In this document: one piece after another, positions 1-7,709 of the stretch
Position numbering within the stretch: position 1 is the stretch's first letter
How the letters are laid out: each line of letters begins with the position of its first letter
IMG/VR virus record: IMGVR_UViG_3300025536_000004
Span: 1 to 40,903 of that record
Direction: 5' to 3' (one strand)
Length of the DNA: 40,903 nt
Source: a virus
Program-made: the position numbers and the translations under genes
Notes under the pieces: model-generated
Seen by the model: only the letters and a program-made list of their open reading frames with translations
Database searches by the model: none
What the model was told of the DNA's origin: nothing

Positions 1-127
1 AGCGGAATGACGAGACCTTAGCAGAGCTTCAAAACTCTCGCAAGAAAAACTCTGAACTCCTTGCCTCCCTTCGTTCTCAAAAAGGAATTTCCAACAGTGG
101 AGCAGGGTCTAGCCAGGTTCAACACGA
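1..127. repeat. Left copy of a 127-bp exact terminal direct repeat (same as 40777..40903); circular-contig overlap
   Basis: Bases 1-127 (agcggaatgacgag...ggttcaacacga) recur verbatim as the last 127 bases of the window. Confidence 0.95.
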
Positions 128-242
128 ACAAGAAGAAGACCCAAAGAAAGGTTATTCACAAGCTGATTTAGTTGTCTTAGCCCGTGTGGCTGGGAGAAAA
201 GGATTAAGTCTTGATGATTACCTTCGTACATTAAAAAAATAG
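1..242 (+). CDS. Scaffolding-like protein, C-terminal part; the gene starts at 40509 and crosses the circular junction (40509..40776 + 1..242 = 169 aa)
   Basis: Frame entering at base 3 is continuous with the 40509 ORF through the repeat; stop TAG 240-242. Acidic/Lys-rich helical sequence; sits between portal and capsid genes. Confidence 0.55.
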   Translation, partial: RNDETLAELQNSRKKNSELLASLRSQKGISNSGAGSSQVQHEQEEDPKKGYSQADLVVLARVAGRKGLSLDDYLRTLKK

Positions 243-306
243 TTTAGGTGTGCCTTGTCGAGGTGGCATCTAAACAGTCAGTCAGACTGTAACTCATCAC
301 AATACA

Positions 307-804
307 ATGAGCGCAGGTGATATAAAAATCGTAGACTTGGGAGGCAGAAATGTCTCACCAGTTAGGCGATTTGTTACGGAGTCTGCCGAAACTGCTATCA
401 ATCCTGGCGAACCAGTAGTCATTTCTAATACAAATGTCTATGTGATTGCTGCCGTGGATGCTGATGGTGTGTGTTACGCAGATTACTTCGTAGGAATTGC
501 CGCAAAGGTATCATCTCATTCGGCTTCTGCTGACGGCTATGTGGACGTTTATCTCGACCTTCCTGGTGTTATTTACGCAGCCAAGCCAAAGACGGCTGGT
601 TCGTGTAATACCCAAGCCAAGATTGATGCTCTTATGTTTAAGAGAGTCATTCTTGATTTGACTGCATCGAAGTACACGGTAGACACGGCGAATGCCGGGG
701 GTGTAACCCAATCAATCATGATCATGGGTGGCAACCCCGACCAAGACGAGTGCTACTTTGCGGTGTGTGACCAAGGAACGTGGAGAAACTACGGACACGG
801 ATAA
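307..804 (+). CDS. Putative head decoration/cement protein (165 aa)
   Basis: Lies between the scaffold-like and capsid genes (lambda D-E-like order). Beta-rich pattern GEPVVISNTNVYVIAA...FVGIAAKV...DGYVDVYLDLPGVIYAA resembles small decoration proteins; motif-level only. Confidence 0.35.
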   Translation: MSAGDIKIVDLGGRNVSPVRRFVTESAETAINPGEPVVISNTNVYVIAAVDADGVCYADYFVGIAAKVSSHSASADGYVDVYLDLPGVIYAAKPKTAGSCNTQAKIDALMFKRVILDLTASKYTVDTANAGGVTQSIMIMGGNPDQDECYFAVCDQGTWRNYGHG

Positions 805-813
805 TAAACTACT

Positions 814-3248
814 ATGAGTTATTCAAGCGGATTAAATCCCAATGCCGTTAAGACAGCCTTAGATGATATTTTTGACCAGGAGTATAATGCGGAGACACAT
901 CCTCAGTATGCTTCGGCAGAAACAGAGGCAGTTTTCCACCAGGATACGGCGGAAAACGCAGCGGTAATTTGGGAATTGTTTAAGGGAGTCGGAAACTGGG
1001 AACAACGAGCTGAAGAGCAAGATGTTCCACAGGGAACGCCTCGAATTGGAAATCAAAAGACCTTCTCAGTACTCAACTTCTCTAAGAGTGTTGACGTACC
1101 AAAGAACTTCTTCGATAGATTTTTGACATATCAACTTGCATAGGGTAGGATTACCTTATGAAAGAGAATGTCAGTCAGTTGGATAGATACCAGCGTTACA
1201 GATTAAGACACCCAGAGAGGATACGACAGCACCTTAAAAACTATCGTCTTAATCATCCAGAAAAAATTAAGGAATTTCGTACTCGATACTACGAGAAACA
1301 TAAAGAAGAAATAAAGAGAAAGGAGTTAAAAAAGTATCGTAGTAATAGGGAGGAAATCCTAAAGAAAAGGGCAACATACAGGAAAGACAATCGCATTAAA
1401 ATTCTCACAAGCAGTAGAAGACAGATTCTGAAGAAGTATGGGATGACAGCCGAAGATTACGAGAGTCTTCGTGAGAAACAAGAAGGCAGGTGTGCGATTT
1501 GCAATGTGCATTTCTCAGAAAAGGTGATTCTTGGTCGTATGCCGTCCATAGACCATTGTCATCAAACTGGAAAAGTAAGGGGTCTTCTTTGTATGACTTG
1601 CAACACCAAGTTGGGTGTACTGGAAAATAAGGTATTTATTCAACAGGCAGAAAAATATCTCAATAAAGATATTGTTGTCGAAGTGAAAATGGGTTAAACG
1701 GGGAAACTCCAGAACGGACAATCCCGTACCAAGCTAGAGGTTAAAATCTTTAGACGGTCGAACGACTAGGTGGTGAACCTCGCAAGAGAACATAACCCAC
1801 CCACGAAACCCCATTACTCGAAAGAGTAAAGATATAGTCTGAACATTACAGGAATGTAATGAGAGGGGGAATAAAGAGTCCCTCTGGTAACAAGAAGGAC
1901 AATATGCATAAAGCGTTTGCTTTCGCACTGTGCATATAAAACTGGGATAACTTCGGGGGAACTCCGTTAAAAGGAAAATCCCGACCCAAGTATGAGGTTA
2001 AAATCTCATAAAGGGCGAACGACTAGAGGGTGAACCTCGCAAGAGAACATAATCCTTCCACGAAACCCCAGCACCGAAAGGTGAAGATATAGTCTAAGCA
2101 CCAAACGAACCTTGATATTGATAGCATTTTATGATACATTAAGTTGTATGATAACATGTGCAAAATGTAAGAAACTCGGTAAAACATGCGGTAGCTGTAA
2201 AGAGTATGGGAGGAAGTACAGTAAGGCCCACCGAAGCGAGATGAATGAATACAGCAATGTATATTACTACAAGAACAAAGAATGGATTAGGGCAAAGGCT
2301 CAGGAGAAAAGAGCTTTAGAGGGAGAGAAGTATATGAACTGGAGAAGGAGGCCAAGACTCAAAAGAGTGTATGGAATAACCCAAGACCAGTTCAACGAAA
2401 TGCTTTCTGCTCAGGGTGGTCTTTGTAAAATCTGTAGAAACGAGTTTAATGAGATGTTAAGACCCTGTGTTGACCACTGTCATAAGACAGGAAGGGTCAG
2501 GGGGCTGCTCTGTAGAAAGTGTAACCTCATCTTAGGGCAGATAGAAAAGAACAACATCGAAATTGCATTGATTAGTCAATATTTAAAATAAGTTGGTGAA
2601 GTAAGGGATAAAGAGCCTTTACGATAATAATACTAGGGTGCTTACGAGAAAATGGTTCGCAACTTCGCCCGTCGTGCTCGCACGACCCGTGATTCAAATG
2701 CGATGGCTATTTTCCGAACAGCTACCACAACTACCACGACAGCAGATGGTGTGGCTTTGATTTCAGATTCACACATTAACTTGAATGGTACGACAGTTAA
2801 TAACAAGGTTACGGGAGCTTTGAGCGAAACAACCTTGAACACCGCCATCGTTCAGCTTTTAGAAATGAAAGCAGAAGATGACGTTGTTGATGGTTCACTC
2901 GCTCAGACTCTCTTGGTTCCTCCGGCTCTCTATAAGAGTGCTGTTGAAATCACTGAATCAGAGCTTCGCTCAGGAACTGCCAACAACGATATGAACGTCT
3001 ACTCAGCTAAGTATGGAATTAACGTCTATACTTCCCAGTTCTTGGGAGCGGCTGCTGGAGGTTCAGACGCAGCGTGGTGGTTATTGGGTAACAACCACTC
3101 TATCTACCGATTCGTTCGGCAGGGAGTACAGACCGACCTTGTGGACTACAAAACCCAGCGGAACAACAACTACATCTACAAAGGTGAGTTCCGTGAGGTT
3201 GTAGGCCCGATGTCGTTTGAAGGAATAGTGGGTTCGAGTGGCTCGTAA
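814..3248 (+). CDS. Major capsid protein gene in three exons (814..1116, 1898..1909, 2637..3248) split by two group I introns; spliced product 308 aa
   Basis: The 814 ORF stops at 1141 and the capsid-like frame resumes at 2637, right after an in-frame TAG. All junctions fall on codon boundaries, giving ...PKNFFD/DNMH/GAYEKMVRNFARRA.... Sits after the scaffold gene; capsid-like sequence pattern. Confidence 0.8.
1117..1897 (+). mobile_element. Group I intron 1 (781 nt) with the homing endonuclease ORF in the P1 loop
   Basis: P1 CUUCGAU 1110-1116 / GUCGAAG 1677-1683 with U1116.G1677 wobble. P10 AUUGUU 1671-1676 / GACAAU 1898-1903. P7 GACUA 1764-1768 / UAGUC 1835-1839. J8/7-P7 hallmark AAGAUAUAGUC 1829-1839; omega-G 1897. 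Core is paralogous to intron 2. Confidence 0.8.
1158..1697 (+). CDS. Intron-encoded HNH homing endonuclease, endonuclease VII type (179 aa)
   Basis: CAICN...SIDHCHQTGKVRGLLCMTCNTKLG His-Me finger motif. N-terminal basic repeats (RLRHPERI, RLNHPEKI). ORF lies between the 5' splice site and the internal guide sequence. Confidence 0.85.
   Translation: MKENVSQLDRYQRYRLRHPERIRQHLKNYRLNHPEKIKEFRTRYYEKHKEEIKRKELKKYRSNREEILKKRATYRKDNRIKILTSSRRQILKKYGMTAEDYESLREKQEGRCAICNVHFSEKVILGRMPSIDHCHQTGKVRGLLCMTCNTKLGVLENKVFIQQAEKYLNKDIVVEVKMG
1898..1909 (+). other. 12-nt capsid micro-exon GACAAUAUGCAU (Asp-Asn-Met-His) between the two introns
   Basis: Bounded by omega-G 1897 of intron 1 and the U1909.G1930 P1 wobble of intron 2. 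In frame with exons 1 and 3. Confidence 0.7.
1910..2636 (+). mobile_element. Group I intron 2 (727 nt) with the homing endonuclease ORF in the P9 loop
   Basis: P1 AUAUGCAU 1902-1909 / GUGCAUAU 1930-1937. P10 GCACU 1925-1929 / GGUGC 2637-2641. P7 GACUA 2021-2025 / UAGUC 2090-2094. AAGAUAUAGUC 2084-2094. P9 stem CACCAA 2099-2104 / UUGGUG 2593-2598 encloses the ORF. P9.x hairpin 2601-2622 has loop AUAAAGAG as in intron 1. Omega-G 2636. Confidence 0.8.
2148..2591 (+). CDS. Intron-encoded HNH homing endonuclease, endonuclease VII type (147 aa from ATG 2148; the track starts at TTG 2112)
   Basis: CKICRN...CVDHCHKTGRVRGLLCRKCNLILG motif; N-terminal CxxC...CxxC zinc-ribbon-like segment. Confidence 0.85.
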   Translation: MITCAKCKKLGKTCGSCKEYGRKYSKAHRSEMNEYSNVYYYKNKEWIRAKAQEKRALEGEKYMNWRRRPRLKRVYGITQDQFNEMLSAQGGLCKICRNEFNEMLRPCVDHCHKTGRVRGLLCRKCNLILGQIEKNNIEIALISQYLK

Positions 3249-3274
3249 ACCAAGTAATAATACAATTAACAATA

Positions 3275-3799
3275 ATGACTACAATCTACAAAGTCTTGTT
3301 GGGAGTAGCGTTATTGCTTGGCGTTGCTGGGCTTTTCCTCCCACAAGTTGTATCGGTTCTCGGAGGTACAACCAATTTGGACTCGTTGACTCTATCAGGA
3401 ACCCTGACGGCAGCAACGATTGTCAATACTGGTTCATTCATCAGTGATGCAATCTCGGCTACTACTGGGTTTTCCATCGCTGGCGGAGCAACTACCACGG
3501 TTTCTAACTGTACTAGCACGTCGTGGAATCCAGGGGCGATTTCTACTTCTACTGTTGCAACTACAACCGTGACTGCTATCCCAGGAATTACAGCAGGTGA
3601 TATTGTTTCCTTATCAATTGACACCTCAACCGTGTCATCCACTAACCAAGTTGCAGCTATCCTCTCTGGTGCGGTTTCCCTTTCGGGAGCGAGCACTGGG
3701 ACGATTACTGCACAGCTTTCCTGGCCCGCTACGGGCCCGGCAGCGGGAGTGTGGGATATTGCAACAACCACCTTGCGTGCCTGTTGGAGACGGCAGTAA
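3275..3799 (+). CDS. Thr/Ser-rich protein with an N-terminal hydrophobic signal/anchor-like segment (174 aa)
   Basis: MTTIYKVLLGVALLLGVAGLFLPQ... followed by a T/S/A/G-rich beta-like sequence; directly downstream of the capsid gene. Confidence 0.65.
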   Translation: MTTIYKVLLGVALLLGVAGLFLPQVVSVLGGTTNLDSLTLSGTLTAATIVNTGSFISDAISATTGFSIAGGATTTVSNCTSTSWNPGAISTSTVATTTVTAIPGITAGDIVSLSIDTSTVSSTNQVAAILSGAVSLSGASTGTITAQLSWPATGPAAGVWDIATTTLRACWRRQ

Positions 3800-3835
3800 C
3801 CTCCATACTCAGCTTCTCTTCGGGGAGGCTGGGAT

Positions 3836-4312
3836 ATGGAGGGAAAGGTCTTAAAAATAAAAATTATGAAACATACATCATTAATCATTCTATCAGTAGC
3901 ATTGGTTGTGTCGGCTTTCGTTTTATCGTCTAATGGTAGTACATCAAGCATTTTGGGTGGTGTTGAAACAGACGTTGTGAATACTGGTTTCGTGGTAGTA
4001 ACCTCGACGGTCAACACAACCGCTACGCAGGTTTTTGCCTCAGTTACCTCAACAGCGACACTCATCAACTTCACCTCGTCAACATTCACCTGTAAGCCAG
4101 ACGATCAAGGGACAACTGTCGCTTCTTCAACCGTAGTGGCGGGAGCAGGATTCATTCTCTCAGCGCACCAGGCAACGACAACTAACGTAGGGTTGCCATC
4201 TCAGGCGACTTTCGGAAGATGTGTCGCAGGGATGTATAACTGTGTTCCATTCAAGGGAACACTGAACTGTGTGGCTAACGTAGCTGCTGTAATAACAAAA
4301 GTATCTAACTAA
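3836..4312 (+). CDS. Thr/Ser-rich protein with an N-terminal hydrophobic segment (158 aa; alternative start 3866)
   Basis: GGAGG 7 nt upstream of ATG 3836. KHTSLIILSVALVVSAFVLSS anchor-like segment; Cys-containing C-terminal part. Confidence 0.6.
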   Translation: MEGKVLKIKIMKHTSLIILSVALVVSAFVLSSNGSTSSILGGVETDVVNTGFVVVTSTVNTTATQVFASVTSTATLINFTSSTFTCKPDDQGTTVASSTVVAGAGFILSAHQATTTNVGLPSQATFGRCVAGMYNCVPFKGTLNCVANVAAVITKVSN

Positions 4313-4314
4313 TA

Positions 4315-4911
4315 ATGGAAGAAACATTGGGGGCTGTAGAACTAGGGAACGAAGAGGTCGGAGAGACCCGGGTTTTGCAACCCCAATTAGACCCGATTAC
4401 TGACGATGTTCTGAATCTGAAGATACAAAGTCTCGCTAATTCAGTGACCCTTTCTCAAGTAGATACGGTTACGGTCTCTGGGACAACTTCAGAAACTGAT
4501 TTAGTAAACGTTACAATTCCAGGGGGGACTCTAGGGACTACGGGAGTAATTGGAGTTCATCTTGCGGTTACCGGCTTCTACACTAACAATGCTAGGACAA
4601 TTACTTTGAAGCTCTACTATGGATCGACTGTGGTTGTTAATGCGGGAGCATTGAGTTTAACGGGGAGTGGTATCAGTTCACAACATTTTGGGACAATAAA
4701 TGCTTATATTACTGCCGACGCTTCGGCGAATGCTCAAAATGGGGTTTTGTTAGGACTCTACAGTGATGGGGCTACGGGGAACCCACTACAAGGAGGAAGT
4801 GGAACAGCTACTGAAGACAGTAGCTCTAGCCTTACGCTACGGGTGACTGCGACAATCAGTGAGGCGGTCAGTACAATAGAAATGACAGTTCAGGGATACG
4901 TTATTTACTAA
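4315..4911 (+). CDS. Virion-module protein, function unknown (198 aa)
   Basis: ORF track; packed 2 nt after the upstream stop; beta-rich T/S/G composition. Confidence 0.65.
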   Translation: MEETLGAVELGNEEVGETRVLQPQLDPITDDVLNLKIQSLANSVTLSQVDTVTVSGTTSETDLVNVTIPGGTLGTTGVIGVHLAVTGFYTNNARTITLKLYYGSTVVVNAGALSLTGSGISSQHFGTINAYITADASANAQNGVLLGLYSDGATGNPLQGGSGTATEDSSSSLTLRVTATISEAVSTIEMTVQGYVIY

Positions 4912-4913
4912 AA

Positions 4914-6524
4914 ATGCCAAGAGTTTCACTTCTCGAAAAACCGCTTGGAGGAATGGGACTGGATTACACCCAGTCTAATTCTGCCGCTATTGAAGCGGGG
5001 AAAGACCAATACACTCGATCAACTGGGGTAAACCTATTCAACATCGGGAAGATAGGGCATATAAGCCCAGCGGAAACCTTTGATCAAGTGATGACAGATA
5101 CGAATTCCTACGTAGTATCTGTTCCTAGAGCCGAGGCAACAAAATTTGATGCCACAACGCTAACTTATCTCATGCTCGGTGGAGCCGCCAGTGCTGCACC
5201 GCGTGTTATCCGCTCAACCACTTTTCCGACCGCTCCCGATTTAAATCAGACGATTACAGCCCACGGGGGGGGTAATTTTACCTCACTTCCAGTAACAGGT
5301 TATTGGGGAGAGGACATTGTTACTTACAAGGCAAACAATGGGAGTTCAGCCGCTACGGATTACCTCTTTTACTCATGGAATGATTCCGTAGGGGGAGATG
5401 TTGGTAGATACGACTTCACAACTTTCGATGACGACTTTATGTCACAAGTAGCTACGGGAGGGTCAAATACTTATCTCGTAGCAGCTGTTCCTCACCGTAT
5501 GTTAGTTGCTCCAAATAACCATTTATATATTACGAATGGACAGTATCTGGCAGAATTTAAAGGAGCGACTGCTAATAACGGGACTATTAATAGAACTGCT
5601 ATGAACTTAGGTAATGGGTATGTATCCGTTGATATCAAAAGATATGGAAACTATATCGCGGTTTTATCTAATCGCTCTGTAGGATCAAATCTAGAAAATG
5701 CCAAGACGTTCAATGGCGAAGCACGCCTCTCTCTTATTAAGGCAAATACTTCTTTAGCTGATAACCCAGAGTTTGTATATCCTATTCCTGATAACTACGC
5801 TTCGGCTATGATTGTCTTAGACACGATATACATTTTTACCCAAGGAAAAAACAACACAGTCAAAATACTTAAATTCAATGGACAAAGTTTCACCACACTT
5901 CCAGGGAGCGAGCATCACACTAGTAAGATTGGTAATGCTCCGCTTCCTAATTGTGTAGAATTCTACAAAGACATGATTGTCTGGTCTCCTCAGAACGCTA
6001 CGGGAGGATACCTTTGTTCATATGGGCCGATGAGCTCTAAATCACGAGGGGTACACATCCCATATATATTAACAGACGGAACCAATACAACGACCGAAGT
6101 AGGAATGGTGAAAAATATAGAGCAGGTACGTTTATGGGCTGGAGTAAAATATAGCTCGACCTACAAATTAGCGAACATATCTGGATCAGGAGGGTATTTT
6201 GTGAATGGAGTGCTCCGCACCAGACTATACACGTTTCCTCACTACGCTACCATTAACAAATTTTTGTTCTACTTTTCTCAGCTTGGCACGGGCGCTAGTA
6301 TCCACATTGCACTATATCGAGATTACGATACCACCACTGATCTCCTGAACTACACCATATCTAACGCTAAGTTCGGATCAGCCAGAGAGGTTTCTGTACC
6401 AGTCAATTTAACTGGAGTGGAATCGTTCTATTTAAAGATAACATTCAACCATACCTCAATTACCAATACAGCCGCAGTTATAAGGAAGGTTGAGATGGAT
6501 TACACGCCTACAAACCAAACGTAA
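4914..6524 (+). CDS. Large structural protein with beta-propeller-like repeats; possible tail nozzle/tubular protein (536 aa)
   Basis: Recurring strand motifs YLFYSW, HLYITNG, GNYIAVLSN, DTIYIFTQG, MIVWSPQ; position in the structural module. Function is a guess. Confidence 0.6.
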   Translation: MPRVSLLEKPLGGMGLDYTQSNSAAIEAGKDQYTRSTGVNLFNIGKIGHISPAETFDQVMTDTNSYVVSVPRAEATKFDATTLTYLMLGGAASAAPRVIRSTTFPTAPDLNQTITAHGGGNFTSLPVTGYWGEDIVTYKANNGSSAATDYLFYSWNDSVGGDVGRYDFTTFDDDFMSQVATGGSNTYLVAAVPHRMLVAPNNHLYITNGQYLAEFKGATANNGTINRTAMNLGNGYVSVDIKRYGNYIAVLSNRSVGSNLENAKTFNGEARLSLIKANTSLADNPEFVYPIPDNYASAMIVLDTIYIFTQGKNNTVKILKFNGQSFTTLPGSEHHTSKIGNAPLPNCVEFYKDMIVWSPQNATGGYLCSYGPMSSKSRGVHIPYILTDGTNTTTEVGMVKNIEQVRLWAGVKYSSTYKLANISGSGGYFVNGVLRTRLYTFPHYATINKFLFYFSQLGTGASIHIALYRDYDTTTDLLNYTISNAKFGSAREVSVPVNLTGVESFYLKITFNHTSITNTAAVIRKVEMDYTPTNQT

Positions 6525-6528
6525 TTTG

Positions 6529-6537
6529 TGATATAAT
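6529..6537 (+). promoter_or_regulatory. Extended -10 promoter TGaTATAAT, 10 nt upstream of ATG 6548 (near-leaderless)
   Basis: tgtgaTATAATatataaataaATG; no Shine-Dalgarno in the gap. Confidence 0.4.
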
Positions 6538-6547
6538 ATATAAATAA

Positions 6548-7708
6548 ATGTCTACTTCGTATTTGTATACTGCCCTAAGAGACTCAATTCTTGACTCTAC
6601 CATCAACCCAAGCGCGGCTTACATTGTTGCCGTGAGAGACCACATCAATCGAGCGGCTAGGATCGTATATGGAGAATTGGATTTACGGGGTTCTAAGAGA
6701 CGTTCAACTATTACTCCTTTTGTTTTCGATGATTTTTATGATTACACCTGCCCTGTTGACCTAAAAGATTACGCTATCATAGATATTATCCCTCAAGGGG
6801 AGAGGAAACTGAATTCTCGTCCCAAGCTTGTTACGCCAGAATACTTCGATCGGAAAAAAGGTTCTCATAATTTGCTAGTTGCCGTACAAGATGACGACTT
6901 GGCTCGTAAGTTGAGGATTGACATTGATGTTGAGGACACGGTTACTACGGTCTCTACGCTCGATTCTTTGACTGCCGGAGGGGGAACTTGGGTACTATTC
7001 GGTGATGCAACCGCCGTAGCTGTAGACACAGATTACAAGGTTAAAGGTTCTGCCTCTATCCGTTATGACCTCGTTGGTTCTGGTACCACTGCTGGAATAC
7101 AGAACACCGACCTAACTGATATTGATATTTCTGATTATGTTAATAACGGTTCAGCAACCGTATGGGCGTATATCAATTCCACTACTGACCTTACGAATTT
7201 TATCGTCAGACTTGGCTCGGACTCCTCTAATTACTATTCAATGACTGTTACCACTCAGGCCGATGGAACAGCTTTCCAGAACGGGTGGAACCTTCTCCGC
7301 TTCGCTTTCAGTGGAGCGACTACGACGGGAACACCAGTAACCACAGCAACAGACTACGCCGTTCTCTATCAGACTAAGACGTCTGGTAAGCTAGATGATG
7401 GCTATCGTTTCGATGACTTCCAACTCCACACCGGGGAAAGCTATGATATTTTCTACTACTCGGCATATCCGTGGCAAGATACATCAGGAACATACATAGA
7501 AAACTCGACAGCTAATACCGACTACATCGTTGCCACGATGGATGAGGTAGATATAATCGTGATGCGAGGGAAAATGGAGGTAAATAGGGAGTTGAGGGAT
7601 TGGGAACAATATAAGTTCGCCCAAGCCGATTACATACAACTGGTTGACCGCTACCGTCGTCGAACACGGAGCGAGCGTTTACGAATAGAATATCCTTACT
7701 ACTCATAA
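6548..7708 (+). CDS. Structural protein: connector/adaptor-like ends with an inserted beta-sandwich carbohydrate-binding-like middle domain (386 aa)
   Basis: Helical N- and C-terminal parts flank GGGTWVLFGD...KVKGSASIRYDL...GWNLLRFAF...YRFDDFQL, a jelly-roll/CBM-like pattern; inference only. Confidence 0.55.
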   Translation: MSTSYLYTALRDSILDSTINPSAAYIVAVRDHINRAARIVYGELDLRGSKRRSTITPFVFDDFYDYTCPVDLKDYAIIDIIPQGERKLNSRPKLVTPEYFDRKKGSHNLLVAVQDDDLARKLRIDIDVEDTVTTVSTLDSLTAGGGTWVLFGDATAVAVDTDYKVKGSASIRYDLVGSGTTAGIQNTDLTDIDISDYVNNGSATVWAYINSTTDLTNFIVRLGSDSSNYYSMTVTTQADGTAFQNGWNLLRFAFSGATTTGTPVTTATDYAVLYQTKTSGKLDDGYRFDDFQLHTGESYDIFYYSAYPWQDTSGTYIENSTANTDYIVATMDEVDIIVMRGKMEVNRELRDWEQYKFAQADYIQLVDRYRRRTRSERLRIEYPYYS

Positions 7709-7709
7709 T

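Noticed and set aside
1-127. The 127-bp end repeat as a biological direct terminal repeat or LTR-like element
   Set aside because: An exact overlap at contig ends, with an ORF reading through it in phase, is best explained by circular assembly closure. A real short DTR cannot be excluded without read data.
814-1143. The 109-aa ORF and the 198-aa ORF (2652..3248) as two independent small genes
   Set aside because: They read as the N- and C-terminal parts of one capsid-like protein. The second frame is open from 2637, immediately after a predicted omega-G, and splice-site helices join them in frame, so they are treated as exons.
1734-1928. Minus-strand 64-aa ORF between the two HNH genes
   Set aside because: It lies entirely inside the conserved group I intron core and P9 hairpins, on the opposite strand to every real gene, with no start context.
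3286-4089. Long (267-aa) minus-strand ORF
   Set aside because: It is antisense to two Thr/Ser/Ala/Gly-rich + strand genes. Such codon composition keeps the antisense frame open by chance. The product is Val/Ala/Thr low complexity and spans a + strand intergenic gap.
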